A DNA stretch of 64,000 nucleotides from Phoronis australis (taxonomy: Eukaryota; Animalia; Phoronida): contig NMRA01000752.1 of the NCBI GenBank assembly GCA_002633005.1, forward strand, positions 102,900-166,899, read 5' to 3'. This document shows positions 62,472 to 64,000 of this stretch, one piece after another (the first letter of the stretch is position 1; every line of letters begins with the position of its first letter). The notes beneath the pieces are model-generated. The model ran no database searches and was not told the origin of the DNA. It saw nothing but the letters and a program-made list of their open reading frames with translations. The translations under genes were made by a program, and so were the position numbers.

Positions 62472-63464
62472 CATAGGCGGATTTAGGGGGGCCCAGGGGG
62501 CCCGCCCCCCCCCCTTGGCTGCCGCAAAAAAATCAAACAGCAAGAGCGTAGGGAAGTTTATTAATTAACCCAGGTAATGAAAATTATACGGATGAAACAA
62601 GATTTAAATGTGTGCAGTTTTAGTGTGTTGGGGGGGGGCTCAGATCCAATTTCAAGTGTCAAATTCGGAACACGGCGCATTCGTAACGGAACTATGGCTA
62701 AGTAGCCCCCCTATAGGCTCTCCCGCGATATCCCAGGCGACCGGCAGTGGCGCTGCGCACTACGACCCCGTTTGCGTCGTATGCTCCACAGTGCTATGAA
62801 GAAAATTTACTTCATTTTTTAAAGAAAATGGAATCTGAGTGACGATGAAAAAACAGAAGCTGTTGGTAAGATGTGAATTTTAATCGAAGCCTTAGTGAAT
62901 CACTCAGAAACTCATAATTCTCTCTTTCTCAAACCTTAACTTAAGACGATTTCCAAAGCAATCCCGTCATTATTGCCAACACGAAAAACGGATTTGGTCT
63001 TTTGGGCATTTGAAGTCTACTTTAAATACAACAAATTTGTTAAGAACCGATTGCACAAAATATAAAACATGTAATAAGCATTACAAAATGAAGTAGGTTT
63101 CGCGCGCAAACGCTGTGAACCGCAAACAAGTAGGTCTCTTTATATCAAATTAGTGTGTAAGTCGCGGTGGTGTAGTGGTAAAGCATGCGCGCTAGATGCG
63201 CTAGGTCGTGAGTTCGAGTCCGTATATCGTGCACTTTTTCCTGTTTGACACGTTCTTCATTTTTTTTTTTGCTTTATTTTTCTTGGATAATACTTTAGGA
63301 ATCAAGGGAAATGTTTGATTTTTAGAGGAAAAAACAGAAAAATTTCCCCCTCCCGACCTCACCCCATTCGGTGCTATACGCATCATCAATCGTGGTTGGC
63401 GCAAATGCTTACAGCCGGACAAAATATTGCCCCCCCCCCTTGTGATATCCTAGATCCGCCACTG
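62472..63464. mobile_element. hAT5-like non-autonomous element, same termini as 31520-31803
   Basis: CATAGGCGGATTTAGG...CCTAGATCCGCCACTG with a 5-bp TSD, AGCTA. The empty site is in arm A near 42355. Confidence 0.85.
63161..63225 (+). other. tRNA-derived Pol III promoter-like sequence (pseudogene or SINE head)
   Basis: A-box-like TGGTGTAGTGG and B-box GTTCGAGTC, followed by a T-rich tract. No complete cloverleaf. Confidence 0.45.
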
Positions 63465-64000
63465 AGCTAGTATGCCAAAATAGCAGATAAAAAATATTTT
63501 CTGTTGGTTTGTTTCTTGGTGGATTTTAAGGCATTCAAACCACATTACTTTTTGAGAGCTCTTTTGCTGCTTTGTAGCTTACAGAAGCTAGTTGTAAGGC
63601 ATTTACTTTTACATATAGTCTCCCTTGTTACGTCATGGTGTATCGGTGGCCAAATGGGCCAACGTTTCGCCGTTGAATAACGTGCGTAAGATAATTCTTT
63701 TTAGAGGCGTAAAGTAGTTATTTACGGCGTAAAATAATTATTTGCGGCGTAATATGCGGGCCTGTTTACAGACACAAAAAACCTGAAACTTCTGAATGAC
63801 TTCAAGTCTACTCATAGTTTTTCCTCAAGATCAGATCCAAGATTAGGCAGCTGTAAACCATCTCTAACAAGATGGCGGTTTTAGTCGCATGTCTGCCTTG
63901 GCACTCCATTGCCCAAAACAAAGCTTTTTCAACAAAGATAGTAGTTTAATTGCAATTAGCAATGCCTTGTAATTTGGATGTGTTTCATTTGCTCAACCAC

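Larger units (their letters stand above)
59141..64000 (-). repeat. Arm B of the inverted duplication (runs off the window)
   Basis: Reverse complement of 41823-46031, with extra segments at about 61250-62210 and 62472-63464. Confidence 0.93.

Overview
Animal (probably marine invertebrate) genomic DNA made almost entirely of nested transposable elements, with no intact host gene recognised. The main feature is a 9.3 kb Ty3/Gypsy LTR retrotransposon (17577-26886) of unusual design. Its Gag begins with a helix-hairpin-helix motif and is joined to pol by a -1 frameshift signal. Its integrase ends in an H3K4me3-reader-type PHD finger. In the position normally taken by env it carries a third gene encoding a zinc finger and a TatD-family nuclease with all metal ligands intact, with splice signals that could express it. 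The element lies inside a 21.7 kb TIR-bounded interval. The right half holds a Gmr1-like Gypsy element (integrase before RT), two Kolobok-like copies, two Penelope-like copies and several MITEs. It also contains an inverted duplication of at least 4 kb that fits a Penelope-associated inversion splitting an old LINE. All family assignments come from motifs recognised by eye; no database searches were run.
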